Positions 27,660 through 41,114 are shown, counted from the first letter of the stretch. The stretch is DNA of 64,000 nt from Epiperipatus broadwayi (GCA_028023455.1 JAQFVV010000006.1:16802001-16866000), one strand, 5' to 3'. Numbers and translations are program-made. The notes: generated by a model from the sequence alone, not told the origin.

Positions 27660-29920
27660 TATTTGTGATTTGACTTATAAATATATTTCAGACTCTTTTG
27701 CTTGGATTGTTTAAAAAAAATTTCATTTTTGTGGCTAAATGAGTTAACTTCAAAAATTCTTAGAGATAATGTTTGTTTTACAATCATTTTAGTTAACTTA
27801 TTTAATCTTTCTTTGTTTACTGGTGTATTTTCTGAGTATTTAAAAGTTGGTGTTACTACAATCATTTTTAAAAAAGGTGATCCATTAATTATTAACAACT
27901 ATAGGCCTATTTCAATCATTTCTGTTATTGCTAAGTTATTCGAGATATGATAATGAGATTGTGTCATCCCTGAATATGCATAATGTGATTTCTGTACTGA
28001 AAAGAGTACTTTGGATACTCTTTGTGGTCATATATACAATTTAACATTGCTGTTGGATAAAGGGTACCAAGACACTAGTTATTTTTTATTTATTTATCCA
28101 AAGCATTTGACTTTGTTCGTTATGCACTTCTTATACATTGATTGAATTCATATGGTTTTGAGAGTCATTTTGCTTCATACTTAAAAAGTTATCTAAAAAC
28201 CATAAAATTGGATTTTAGATTGGTTAATCATGGAATTTTACAAAATTCTGTACTTGTCTCTATATTATTTTTAATAACTCATTGATTTATATTACATGAT
28301 CACATCTCCAATACTAGCACATAATTGTTTATAAACAAAGCAAAGCAAAACTCCATACTACTATATGGAGTTTTGCTTTGCTTTGTTTATAAACAATTAT
28401 GTGCTAGTATTGGAGATGTGATCATGTGATGCTTGCTGGTCTAACACCAATCCTGCCTAATAGGGTGGTGGTGGCTATGGTTGTTAAAGAGCCAAAGACA
28501 CCAAAATGTATGGGTGCTGAACTGAGTTCAGACCCATATGACTATATAAGCTATTGAGCGTAGATTGAAAATATTTTTTTGTGTTTTCAATTTCATGCTC
28601 ATAGTTTTGTAATTAAGTAGAGATAAAAGGTGGTTGCTAGAGGGTTGCATTAGATCCTAAGATCTAGATGCAGTGCTCTTAGATCCAAAGCTCCTCACTG
28701 ACAAAGGCCACAAGCCAGAAACTAGTCTGGGGATATTGGATGAGTAAGCATTAGATAGGGATTTTATGCACAAGCCTTCTGGCATCCATTGATTACTCTG
28801 TTTAGCACAGGTGGCACTACTATATGGAGTTTTGCTTTGCTTTGTTCATTGATTTATAGTTTTGCTGATGATATTGCCCTGTCTTGTGTTGCTATTTCAT
28901 ATAATATTCCTAAACCAGTGATTAATAAAGACTGGCTCATAATAAACTTTTTGTCAATCATAATTAAATAAAGGGCATTCTCTTTGTTTTATAAATATTC
29001 TTCATATCTATATTTATTAATATTTTTAATCATCATTCTAGTAGTATTTGTTCTTGTAGTAGTCATTATTTAGATGTTTTCATTGATTTGATGTTATCTT
29101 GATCGAACCATATTAATGATTTATATTCTCACTATATTGTTTTATTATTTAATAAAATTCTTGCTTAGGTCTACTTTGATGACTGTTTTTCATTGCTTGT
29201 TATTAATGTATATAGTGTTATTGTATTGTTTCCTCATTATCCTCATTATGTACTTTACAAAATTATGACTTGCATATTATTTTTCATAGGCTTAGATTGG
29301 TTTCTATGCATTATATTTATGATAATTCTTGTGTATTGGCTGCTTTAAAGTTTATAAGCATAGAGTACTTATTGATATATGTCATCATTGTTTTTTTATT
29401 TATACCACAAAGTGTCTTTTGTAAATGTTTGCTTAGTTAAGAATTTTCCATTACAATTGCCAGCTTTTACTTGACAAGAATTTGTAGACAATTTAATTGG
29501 AATGGTGATACTTTTGTTGTTGATTATTTATCATTTATATATGTAAGTAATGTTTGAAATTTTGGTTATTGTATTATATCTAACCATTATTATTATCATC
29601 ATCATCATCATCGTGGTGATGATGATAATGATTGTTTTAACATTTGTATTTGTATGTAATAAATTTTTATATTTTTTTCTTATAATTATAATTTGTTTGT
29701 AGTAAAGTTTATGTTATTTTCTGTATGTTTTATACTTTTTTTTACATGATTAATGTATACATATTTTTATTTTTTTTTGTAATTTTTTTGGAATATAATG
29801 GACTTCTATGATCAACTTCCCGCACAAGTTCTACTTATTTGGAGTTATTCTATTTTGTTTGTTTATATATATTGTTTGTTTGATAAAAGTTAATAATAAA
29901 TAAATTATTATTATTATTAT
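27660..29920 (+). mobile_element. CR1/L2-like LINE RT fragment plus 3' region, interrupted by a family-A insertion
   Basis: ORF 27702-27950 (LFNLSL.TGVF..YLK...IFKKGDP...NNYRPIS); SFADD motif resumes right after the TSD at ~28860; (TTA)n-like tail at ~29900-29920. The 3' boundary is approximate. Confidence 0.65.
28292..28845 (+). mobile_element. Family-A HHR retroelement insertion with perfect 64-bp fold-back and 13-bp TSD
   Basis: TSD TCATTGATTTATA (28279-28291, 28846-28858). Perfect inverted repeat 28294-28357 / 28364-28427. ~459-bp monomer plus ~30-bp terminal redundancy. HHR at 28693-28732 with G8 lost (CTGACAA). Confidence 0.9.
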
Positions 29921-31515
29921 CCATTCTAAACTTTTTTTAAAAAAGGTCTGCTATGGGTTTTTCACTAGACTTATTGAATTGGTTCCAGTCATTTTTTACA
30001 AATAATAACATCTCATATTCTTACATAAAAGGATTGTGTATCAGAAGGAGATGTGTTGTAACCACTGCTATTTGCAATAGATATAAATAATTTAAACAAG
30101 TATGTAGTGATGATCAGTTTGCTGTCATAAACTGATAACTGTAAAATATTTAAACTTACTTGCCATGATGATTACCATTAGCTTCAATCTTATATATTGG
30201 CTTTTCTGAATGGTGTCTTAAGACTAATGTGTATATAAATATAGATAAATTGTTGTGCTATCACACAAGAAAACTTTCCAATTTTACATTCTATAAACGA
30301 ATCTATTCCATACAAAATCATATTATAAAGTTCTTGGAATACTGTTCAATCAAAATTGCTCTTTTACAACTCATGAAGATAATATTATATACAAAGCTAA
30401 TAAAATAATGGACCTTATACCATGTAATGGTCATTACACTCCTTGTATTATTTATGATAGAATATGCTCAGTAATATGGAAATCAGATAAACTATCAGAT
30501 ATAAATACAGTCATTAAACCACAGATTTACTATAATTAATGCAAGAATAACTTGATAACTTTGTATCATCAAAGAATTATTTGGGATCTGAAACTTTAAT
30601 CTAATAGCTCATGGAAAAATCTTCTTACATAGTTGTATCCCAAAGCTATTAATATGAGTACCTCTTATCCATATAAGGAATAAAGATATATTTCACATTG
30701 ATAAATATAAAATGCGAAATTAAGCCTTTATAATATATATATACATTGTCATATATTCTTTAGACTTAAAATACTTTCATTGAAAGATTAACTATTAACA
30801 AATCATATATTTTAAATTATAGTAATGTATTTCTTTAAGTGGTTTCCTCAACTGTTAAAATAAGAAAATGAATTGAATTATTATTATGATTGAGTTTTTT
30901 GCTATATATTTCATAAATAAAAGACTTTTAACTCAATGGGGAATTTTGCGTATTCTTTATTCTGAAGTTATGAAGTACTATTGTAGTGGTAAATTTGATT
31001 TTAAAAATTACTTGGTATAATTGACAGTTTTTGCAGATGCAAAGGAAATTATTATGAAAAGATAGTACACAAAATTTTTAGTTGGTTATTTTTGCCTTTT
31101 GTTTCATTTGTCATATAGAAATGAGTAGAATAATTTGTATATCAATATTTTCATGTTATTTATTTAGTTTTTTTAATTAATATAATGATATTTTGATGTA
31201 GCTCTAAATTTAAGATGTTAGAGTATATTCTATTACATAGATATCAATCAATTGCAAACTATTGAACTATCATTAGTTGTTTTTACTATCTTATTGCCTA
31301 TTTAATTAAACATCTGTTTGAGCAGAAAATATGACATACTCACATATTTAATAATACATTGAGATATAAATATCTAATAAATGAATAGCTAAATACTTCA
31401 TTTAAAACAGAAAAAACTCACTATAATTATTGCCACCCACAGCAAGCTAGCATAATCAATGGATGCCAGAAGGCTTGTGCATAAAACCCCCATCTAGTGC
31501 CTACTCATCCAATAT

Positions 31516-31555
31516 CCCCAGACTAGTTTCTGGCTTGTGGCCTTCGTCAGTGAGT
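31516..31555 (-). ncRNA. Type I hammerhead ribozyme, family A (antisense copy)
   Basis: Reverse complement reads ACTCA-CTGACGA-A-GGC[CACAA]GCC-A-GAAAC-TA-GTC-TGGGG. Confidence 0.75.
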
Positions 31556-31671
31556 AGCCTTGGATCTGAGAGCACTGACTTAGATCTTAGGATCTAATGC
31601 AACCCTCCAGCAGCCACCTTTTATTTCCACTTAACTACAAAACTATGAGTCTTAAACTCAGATCCAAGGCT

Positions 31672-31711
31672 CCTCACTGATGAAGGCCACAAGCCAGAAA
31701 CTAGTCTGGGG
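31672..31711 (+). ncRNA. Type I hammerhead ribozyme, family A
   Basis: CCTCA-CTGATGA-A-GGC[CACAA]GCC-A-GAAAC-TA-GTC-TGGGG. Predicted cleavage after 31706. Stem I extended by ATCCAA/TTGGAT beyond an internal loop. Confidence 0.8.
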
Positions 31712-32126
31712 ATATTGGATGAGTAGGCACTAGATGGGGATTTTATGCACAAGCCTTCAGGCATTCATTGATTACTCTAGCTTGCTGTATGTGGCAACAT
31801 GTATAGTGAGTTTTGGCTGTTTTAACAACAGTTATACACAAGCATAAGCAGTGGTGGTCATGTGATGTTTATTGCCTTAAAACCAATCCTGCCTAATAGG
31901 ATAGTGGTGACTTTGGTTATTAAAGAACCAAAGACACCAAAATATATGGGTACTTAACTGAGTTCAAACCCATATGACTATATAAGCTAATGGACTTGGA
32001 TTGAAAATGGTAAGGTGTTTTTAGTTTAAGACTCATAGTTTTGTAATTAAGTGGAGATAAAAGGTGGTTGCTGGAGGGTTGCATTAGATCCTAAGATCTA
32101 GGTGCAGTGCTCTCAGATCCAAGGCT

Positions 32127-32166
32127 CCTCACTGACGAAGGCCACAAGCCAGAAACTAGTCTGGGG
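32127..32166 (+). ncRNA. Type I hammerhead ribozyme, family A
   Basis: Same motif with core CTGACGA; predicted cleavage after 32161. Confidence 0.8.
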
Positions 32167-33510
32167 ATATTGGATAAGTAGGCACTAGATGGGGATTTTA
32201 TGCACAAGCCTTCTGGCATTCATTGATTACTCTAGCTTGCCGTGTGTGGCAATACGTATAGTGTTTTGCCTGTTTTAACAACAGTTATACACAAGCATAA
32301 GAAGTGGCAGTCATGTGAAGTTTATTGGCTTAAATACTTCATGTGTAATAGTAAATTAGGAAATTAAATTTATGATTTAACATCATACAAATGTCAATGC
32401 ATGCGCAAAAACCCTGGACCCAGCATACAATAGGTATTTACTTTTCAAAACCAGACACTTGGAAATGTTAGGAAGTTTAACATAAAAACCAGAAACTCAG
32501 TGAGTACACAAAAATTGTCTTAGGTGTGAATTAATCACATAATATTTTAAAGAGGATTGCCAATATATATAGTTTAAACACGCTTTGTGAAATCTGATAT
32601 GTAAGTTAAATAGCTAGGCTGGCTAAATAGAAGACATATTGTTAAATAAAAATAAAATTCCCATTATTATTTTTCAAGTAATTCAAGAAATGTAAATATG
32701 TATAATTTACACAGTATATTTCAAGATTCATGTATTCGGGGAGGGGGGCAAAGTTAAAATATTGTGTAGTTAATGCACCACTGAATGCGTAGGGGTTTGT
32801 GTGAAGTAAATTGCAGATTTAGCTTTGTGATGCTTGTTGAATGGGGTGATTAATTATTCATTTTTTTATTATCGTGATTTATATATAAACATTATATGCC
32901 GAATGATCGGTTTATATTAAAATTCTACGTTTTAAAATTAGATTTTAAACAAACTATTTATATTTGTCGAAATATTTATTGATTATTTTAAAAATATCGT
33001 AAAAGCGATCTTAACAAACAAATGTTGAGAAATCAAGCAAAAGAGAGAGATTTCAATTTGCCAGTTGCTGGGTTTTTTTTTTTTTTTTAAATCTGAAAAG
33101 TTATCTTTTGGAAGATCACATTTCATCCCCTTTCTACAACCGTTTTATTTATTTATTTTTTTTTGCTGTTGTTTGAATGAAAAATGCCTGTTTATTGAAA
33201 GGATATCAAAAATCAGAAAAGAAGTTGATGGTAGTATAATAATTAAAAACATTTTTCCAAGTAATTGATAGTTATAATTTATTTTCTAATTCATTGGCAG
33301 AATCTGCCAAAAAGGAAAAAAGAATTAAGTTGAGTGATATTTTTTGATTTTATTTAGGAAATTTTATGGATTATTGTTAACCTGTGTATTAAAACTCAAG
33401 TAGTTAGTCGTATATGATTTTGACTTTTAAAGACCATCTTCATCATTTATCTTGTTTTATATCAGGTTTGTCCTTGGCTAATTTATTTGTATATCTGTTT
33501 ATACACATAG

Positions 33511-33750
33511 TGCACGGTTTGGCGCAGTTGGCAGAACACCCTGCTTGGGATCAGGAGGTTCCAGGATCGATTCTGGTCCTCACAGTTCTGGCTTTTGAAT
33601 TTCTTATGAATTCCTGAGCAATAACACCATATGTCTTTTTTGAATCCTGGATGGCTTGGCTGAGGGGTAGTGCATCTGCTTGGGATCAGGAGGTTCCAGG
33701 ATCGATTCTGGCTCTCGATGGTCTGGTGCTCAAATTCCTGAGCAATGAAA
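33511..33750 (+). mobile_element. Tandem dimer of a tRNA(Pro)-like SINE
   Basis: Two units sharing CTGCTTGGGATCAGGAGGTTCCAGGATCGATTCTGG, similar to the tRNA-Pro anticodon/T arm; A-box TGGCGCAGTTGG in unit 1; shared tail AATTCCTGAGCAAT. Confidence 0.65.
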
Positions 33751-34531
33751 CCGTATGCATTTTTTCATGGTAATGTTGCTTTCGTTTATTAAATAAAATA
33801 ATGTAATGTATAGTTGCTCTTTGAACATAATAAATGTCAATAAATTGAGTTTAGACGCTATAATCTTTAGCTTTCAGATTCATCACTATTATTGGTTCCT
33901 TATATTGTCTAGTCAATTGTTAATTCAATCTGATTTTGTAATATATGTTTAAATCACTAAAACATCACAACAATCATCTTTTCTTATGCGCTTATACAAA
34001 CTGTTACTGTAATACATATTTACAAAGATTTTAAGGTTATCCTTTTTTTTAAAAAAAAAAATTCATTATTTATCTAATTACTCTTAGTACCATGTATGGT
34101 TTTATGTAGTGATAAAATGACAGACCAAAGGCCCAAGGTCCATGAATTGTGGTCCAGTTCTAGTACTTCTTGTACTTGAATTTTTGAAGGCACAAACATT
34201 AAATCATTCTATTATACTTTATTCTGTCCTCTTGTTTTCTTTCTTTTTTTTTTGTATAAAAAAAAAGGAATTCATTTTTTATTACTCTTGGGAAAAGCCT
34301 ATTACTTTTATATTTTTCTATGAAAGTACTTTTTTTTATGAGCTTATTTGTTTGACTTGTACGAGTATTTAGTGAAGTTATATGCAAATCTTTTAAAATC
34401 CAAACTGGGTTTACTACCAATTTGAGATAAGAGTCTTTATGATTATTCAAAGTTATCATGTTATACATTGCTCATGAATTGCATTCCATAATCCCTCATG
34501 CTATTATCCAGTAAAAAAGATTTTATTCCAG

Positions 34532-34592
34532 TTGCTCTGACTATGTATATTGGGGGACATCACCAGGGAATGGATTTAAACTACCAGAAATG
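34532..34592 (+). CDS. Candidate internal exon, product unrecognised
   Basis: Strong acceptor ttttattccag and donor ATG|gtaagc; two open frames (CSDYVYWGTSPGNGFKLPEM or ALTMYIGGHHQGMDLNYQK). Confidence 0.45.
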
Positions 34593-35149
34593 GTAAGCTG
34601 ATAAAAAAAAATACTGAAATTGTGGGTTTTTGTAATTCTACATGCATATTATAATATTGAATTATTTAATTTAAATAATAAAGATCTCATGATGGGTAGA
34701 GATGATTCCTGTTAACATTAGAATAACCATTGGTATGTTACATTTCACATTTTAAGGAATATTTATAAAATAATAAATATTGTGAAATTTTATCCCACTG
34801 TGAATTAATTTAATTATTACATATTTACTTTCAGGATTATACTTATAATATATAGTATCATATATTGATGTAAAATATTGCTTTTTTCAAAACTATTAGG
34901 GATAGAAAATATTTATTGTATATTAAGCATTAACATTAATGAATGTGTTATGCATGGTAAAGCTTAAAAGTTACTTGATAAATAAAATTCATAACTTTGT
35001 TAATGCAAATAGAATGAGCTATATTATTATACATTATAATGGTTAATAGAATTAAATATTTTTTTAATAAAAAAAAAAAGAATTAAATATTTTTATTGAT
35101 TTTAGTTAATTTATTCAAGATCTGAGTATTTCATATTTCATCTAATTTG

Positions 35150-36150
35150 AAAGTACATAGATTTTAAAGTAACAGTGGATTGTCAATATATATCTTTGTT
35201 TGGGAAGGATTGACCTTTAGTGATTGGTAATTGGAAAGTTAGAAATAGAAAGAGTAAAAATGTTGGATGAATATCACAACTTCCTTTTACTGCAAATATA
35301 TTTTTTTTTCACCTGCTGAAACACAGGGTTGGACATGACAATAGAATTTTCAAGAATCATATAGATTATATTATTTTTGGCAGTGAATGTTTCAGTTTTA
35401 GTGTAAAACATGGCCGAGATCAGATTATAGATCAGATAATGAACTACTCGTAAATGAACCTCTAATGAAGATTACTAAAGAACCACAGTCTTACCTAATA
35501 CCCTATTTATAAACTAAAAACGTATTTATTGCTTTTAGGAACCACATCAGAAATCAATGAGAATTTTTGCATATGACTAATGGTAAATCAGATGATTCTA
35601 AGAAAAAAATGTGAGTAAAATAAAACAATAGTAATAAACAAAATAAATGTTTATAGAAATAATGATCATCATTAAAAAAGGGAGAAAAATGGAAAATAAT
35701 GATTTAGATTATTTTAGAGAACTGAATAAGAATTACCAAACAAAAAAATCAATTTATATAAAAAAACGGAGTATTTTAGGAAATTTTTTGAGATCAAAGG
35801 AAAATTTTGAAGGTCCTATCTGAATTTGCCAAAAAAATGCCAAATGTCAGATTTTGACCAAAGTAACAAAGATCAAACAAAATGTAAGGAATATTCTTAA
35901 GAAATACTCCTCCAAGACATTGATAACAGGAACTGATAGTATCAGCATTTTTTTTATATTATAAAAAGATGAGTTAATAAAAATATTAACCAAATTATGT
36001 CATGGAATCAGAAAAATATCCCTGTTTCAAACAATGGGAAGAAATCACTTCTGATTTTTTTTTTGTCAAAGAAATGAATCTTGATAGAAGTGTCAGACTG
36101 ATTTTACATATTAAAATTATTTAACACATAATAAATACATTGAAAGAAAC
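35150..36150 (+). mobile_element. Highly degraded RTE-like LINE remnant (AP-endonuclease C-terminus and linker)
   Basis: Remnants resembling IGDWNAKV, NHIDYII and TWPRSDYRSDNELLV (compare GADCGSDHELL). Boundaries are approximate. Confidence 0.45.
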
Positions 36151-36206
36151 TGTCTTACCAGAAACATTTCTATCTGTACACTGAATAATTTGAAAAGATC
36201 TGAGAA

Positions 36207-36619
36207 GGTAGTTTTACCTGTCTATTATAGGCCATCCATCTTTTAAGTAGTATGTACATAAACGCTATCAAGCAGGCATTAGTAATGCGTTTGAAGTGCA
36301 CAGTTTTTCTGTGTGTAACATGGAGAAACAGCGCCACATAGTGGGCTAGAATCTTGGTAGTTGCTGGTAGCTGACGATGTAAGCTAGATGTGTTTACAGC
36401 AATCAGCGCCACCTATGTTCTTGGTAGTTGCTGGTAGTAGATGACGTAAGTTATATGGGCTTATGCATGGCAACCAGCGCCACTAGGTGCATGGTGAACA
36501 GCGTCACCTAGCGGCTGGAAGAATCATTTCTGCTTTCGAGGCCTCTACCCTGTATGTTCTGTGTGCTAACACAGAAACAGCGCCTCTAGCGGCCATCATG
36601 CTCATCAGGTAAAACTACC
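36207..36619. mobile_element. Merlin-type MITE (413 bp) with five CTCF-like motifs
   Basis: Perfect 14-bp TIR GGTAGTTTTACCTG/CAGGTAAAACTACC; perfect 8-bp TSD TCTGAGAA (36199-36206, 36620-36627). Confidence 0.85.
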
Positions 36620-38409
36620 TCTGAGAATATCAAATTGCAATAAAATTTAAGTTGATAATATTAAATTACAAAGAGGATTTTGATGATATATAGATAATTA
36701 TGAAAGATCTGTTAGAAGGAAGAAGGGCAAAAAGATGATCTGAAGAATAGAAGGAAACTATTGACTTTTATAACATTGAGCAAATAACTGACAAAAAAAA
36801 CTTGCAAAAAGTAGACTTGCTTGTTGTTTGTGACTTGTGGCATATGAATGAAGATGTGATGTAAGCTTTAACCCTATTAGGATATTGCTGTTATAGGTTT
36901 GGATAATGAAGGCCATTAGAAAAGGTAAACCATGGGTTCAGCACTTATAGGATATTACTGGCATGAAAGCTGCATCATTAGAAGCACATTGACTCTCATT
37001 TGAACAATCCAGATTAACATGGAACCTTTATGAACCATTACAGAATGGATAATTGGTTTTAAGTTGGCTGTTTGAAAGAAAAATACTCAACTTGTTTTGA
37101 CCTGAAAAAATTTCTAAGATTTGTTTACCTGGCTGGATTTGAAATTCAGATCTTAAACATGGCATGTAATGAAGTCGTAACTATTAGCCATGAGGCCATT
37201 GCAATCTACTGATTGATATCTAGTACTATAGACATATATACAAGTTTTAAATATTTAATTTTATTATTAGTTCTTTTTAGTAATTTTGCAATATAGATTT
37301 AATCATTATTATATAAAAAAAGGTTTATATATTGATAGAGAGTTATTTGTTCAGTATTGGTTTTTAAAACTAAAACATTTATTATATATAAATATATATT
37401 TTTTGATTGATAAATAATTGACAGGCATACATTTATTATGTGACTTTTTTTTAAAAAAAAAAAAAGGAATTGTGTGTGTGTGTTTTATATGACCACCTTC
37501 TTCACCAATATATAAAAGTGAAGGATCACTTTCAGACTTTTGAATGGTGTCATGTTAGTTTAACAACTTTTTATTTCTCCATCCTCCCATTAGGTCAACG
37601 TCAACAATATAATAAGGATGACTCATGTTCCCCATACACTTTAACCCTTAAGCTGTTATATTTGTTTACATTTGTATTGTCTTTTTTTTTTTTTTAAAAA
37701 AATATACATATATTTCATTATTTATTATTAAAATTTAATTAAATTACTCTTGGTAATTAATAACAACAATTGGTTACCTGTCAAGACAAAGAAAGGAAGA
37801 TATACTTAAATTTATTAAATAAGGGATTACTTGTTGGTATTCATTAACATAGCATACAAGTCTTACTGAATCAAGAATTTATCTTAGCAGTTTTATCATG
37901 TTTTCACCTGAGATTTTTAATAATGTTTTTATTTAAACACTTGGTTATGGTGTTGCCATTATCTTTAATTATGAATTCTAGTGTATTTTGGAGATCTTGG
38001 GATATTTGGGGACTATTGTGACAAGCATAACATTTAACCGGGATTTAAACTCTCAGATCTAACTATTGATGCCCTTTGAATTAAAGCTTTGCAATTTGAA
38101 GCTCAACCTGTCATTTCCGGTGCTCAAGTGATCACATGGGTTTCCAAGTGACCAATCATTGTTTATTTCAATGTTTTGAGAATTTGTATAGTTGTTAATT
38201 CACTAGATGAATTGTAAGATGTTTACTATGAGTGGCTATAAATTTAAGCTTTTCCACCTACTCTCCTTTGATACTGTGATTCAGGGCTTAACACTATTTC
38301 TAGTTTTCATTTTTGAAACCTCATGCAAATTAATTTTTTACATTTAATTAATGCAGGCAACACCTTTTATTTATTATTTACAACAAAAAAAATGTCATTG
38401 TTCTTTTGT

Positions 38410-39836
38410 TTTTTCAAAATATAAATTTATTATTGCTACTATTGTTACATGTTGATTAGTAGGGTGTTAGAAGGGGAGGGGGTAATTCTTTGTTTCAATG
38501 GTTGTGTATCTGTATTGAAGATCCTGAGTGTGTTTTGTTGTATGTTGTGTTGATATTTTCCTAGAGCATCTTACGTGATGAGTTGAATTTGAAACATTAG
38601 GTCCTAGGCAGTTGTGGTATAGTGAAAAGGTTCCATGTGTCTTTGAACCAGGCTTTTGAAGCAAGGATTTCATTTCTTTTCTTCATTTTGATTAGTTTTT
38701 GTATGAAATGTGTCCTCATTCAGGTGCGTTATTGTGAAAATTTTCAATCACCCAACTGTCCAAATAGCATATGTTAAGAATATCGAGAGTCTAACACTGC
38801 TATTGTTCTGGTTTTTAGGCAGTCTTTTAATGAAAGAATTTTGTAGTAATCAATTTTTGAGTGGTCAAAGGTAATTTTCATGATATTTCCCAGCCGTGTA
38901 CAGCTGAACATAATGTGGTGAAATTTTTCTTCTCGTTTCTTGCAATTGATGCAGATTGGATCTATTTTACTCATTTGACTTTTATAGAATAGGACAGTAT
39001 TGGTAGGCATTGCTTCCAGGTTGATTTTTATTATAAGGTCATGATACTTAGGTTCCATATTCCAGAACTTAAAAAGTGATGTGATTCTTTTATTGGTAAT
39101 GCCAAGTTTCAAGTCACCTTCTATGTAATCTTTCTCCAGATCTGCCATTCTGTTGGAATCCATGGTAAAATGAACATTTTTAACTGTCCATTTTCAAGCA
39201 ATATACTCTTACTAGCCTATTAATTATTTCGCTGAAGTCACTTTGGTCAAGTGATCAATGCAAATCGATAGAAACATAATAAATGATAAAATGCTTTTGG
39301 TAGAACCAATTTGCTATTAAAAGAAAAGATATCTTTGTTTGAAAAAGGTATTTAATTCATGCAATTTATAATTTCATACATATGGACCTAAGACTTGAAA
39401 GAGTAATGAAGAGACTTCACACTATATAATAAAACATGATAGATATAATATATATTGGGAGTAAAGACCTCTTCCAATAGGTGTGTGAAGGGAAAATAAT
39501 GATGAAAGACATTTCTCCCCAGGTTTGGTAACTTTGTTAGTGAGGGTTTGAATGGTTGTCTTCTTTCTAGCTAAGATAATTTGATGCCAATTTACTGATC
39601 AATATTTATGGCTAGATGGATTGACTATGGGACAGCTATCCCAGAGAAAAGTCCTGTCTTTTAAATTTAACTTAGCCCAATCCTCAACCAATTATCGTAA
39701 TTGAATGCACTAACTTTGCATTGTACAGCCGTTCTCTCTAGAAGGTAATGCTTATTAAGTAAAATATTATTACATCAATATCCAAATTTTTCTGGTTTAG
39801 GCACTTCAAACATAAAGTTCTTAAACCAAGATCTAA
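38410..39836 (-). mobile_element. L1/Tx1-type LINE 3' half (RT C-terminal part to zf-RVT and 3'UTR); continues at ~41127-41180 beyond the Penelope insertion
   Basis: ORF 38774-39163 (KINLEAMPT...DPICINCKKREEKFHHIMFSC); NSKLVLPKAFY motif at ~39300; W..FMFEV..EKFG motif at ~39800 joins in frame across the TSD. Confidence 0.75.
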
Positions 39837-41114
39837 TATATTCTTATATTGGACTATTTCCATCATCTAATATATGTATTGAATGTCTTTAGAAAAATTT
39901 AACTTATTTAAATATTCCAAATACATTCAACTATTAGTAATAGCACATCAAACAGGTTAGTATATGCACAATGTTTTGAGAGATATTAGTCTCCACTCTT
40001 CTTCAAGAGTTGTTGGCCTGACTAGTGACAGTACTAGCATGGGATTTGAACCTGGGTCCTTAGATTCTTGAGTTTTTTAATTTTAAGGTAATGCTCTGAC
40101 CAATTGAGCTATCCTGCCAAAGGCAACAGGATGTAGTAATTTCATATACTTATCTATGAGGTTCCTCCTGATTTCTCCATTTTTTTCCTAAGAGCAAAGT
40201 TGACTAGTGGTTTCCATACATTATGTATAGTCACACTGGGTTGGCTTTTGGGATTTTTTGTCATTGTCATGTGAGCAGCTTTTTATAAATTTTCTTCTTT
40301 GTACCTTTTTTTCTCTATTCAGTATTTTTGTACTTTCCCAGTTGAACATATGTTCATTGGCACATACATGTTCTGCTACTTAGACACATCTGTTTTCTCT
40401 CTTCTAATCATCAGTTTGTGTTCTTGCAAGCACTTTTCAGTGGAATGACTGGTCTCACCAATATATGTTCTTCCACATTCATGACCCATTGAAAAGTGCT
40501 TGCAAGAATACAAACTGATGATTAGAAGATAGAAAACAGATAAAGTCTAAGATAGCAGAACATATATGTGCCAATGATCAATTGGGAAAATACAAAAATA
40601 TTGAATATAGAAGAAAAGGTACAGAGAAGAAAATTTAAAGAAGCTGCTCACATGACAATGGCAAAACTCCCATAAGCCAACCTAGTGTGACTATACGTAA
40701 TGTATGGAAACCACTAATTAACCTTGCTCTTAAGAAAAAGTGGAGAAATCAGGAGGAACCTCATAGATAAGTATATGAAATTACTACCGACCGTTGACTT
40801 TGGCAGAATGGCTGAATTGGTCAGAGTGTTACCTTAAAAAACTCAAGAATCTAAGAATTCAGGTTTGAATCCCATGTTAGTATTGTCACTGGTCAGGTCA
40901 GGAACACCTGAAGAAGAGAGGAGACTAATATCTCTTGATACATTGTGCATATAGTAGCCTGTTTGATGCGCTCATATTAACAGTTGGATGTATGTGCAAT
41001 ATTTAAATAAAAGTTAAATTTTTCTACAGTCATTCGATACATATATTAGATGATAGAAATAGTCCAATATAAAAATACAACTAGAATACCGTCATCACAA
41101 ACCTTCATGAAAAC
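39837..41114. mobile_element. Penelope-like element relic: two 3' fragments (GIY-YIG endonuclease C-terminus plus 3' region) arranged as a ~1.28-kb tail-out palindrome, 12-bp TSD
   Basis: Minus strand from 40478: CGRTYIGETSHSTEKCLQEHK...VAEHVCANEHMFNWESTKILNRE...SQPSVTIHNVWKPL. The plus arm from ~40481 encodes the same with decay. TSD ACCAAGATCTAA (39825-39836, 41115-41126). Confidence 0.85.

Larger units (their letters stand above)
31402..32330 (+). mobile_element. Family-A HHR retroelement insertion: inverted segment plus ~1.5 tandem monomers, 12-bp TSD
   Basis: TSD TAAATACTTCAT (31390-31401, 32331-32342). Inverted piece 31402-31655. Period 453-455 bp (CTGA at 31677 and 32132). Confidence 0.9.

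Noticed and set aside
30106-30209. C/D-box snoRNA-like motifs (GTGATGA, CTGA, ATGATGA, CTGA)
   Set aside because: No terminal stem and no recognisable rRNA-complementary guide; such motifs are common in AT-rich DNA.
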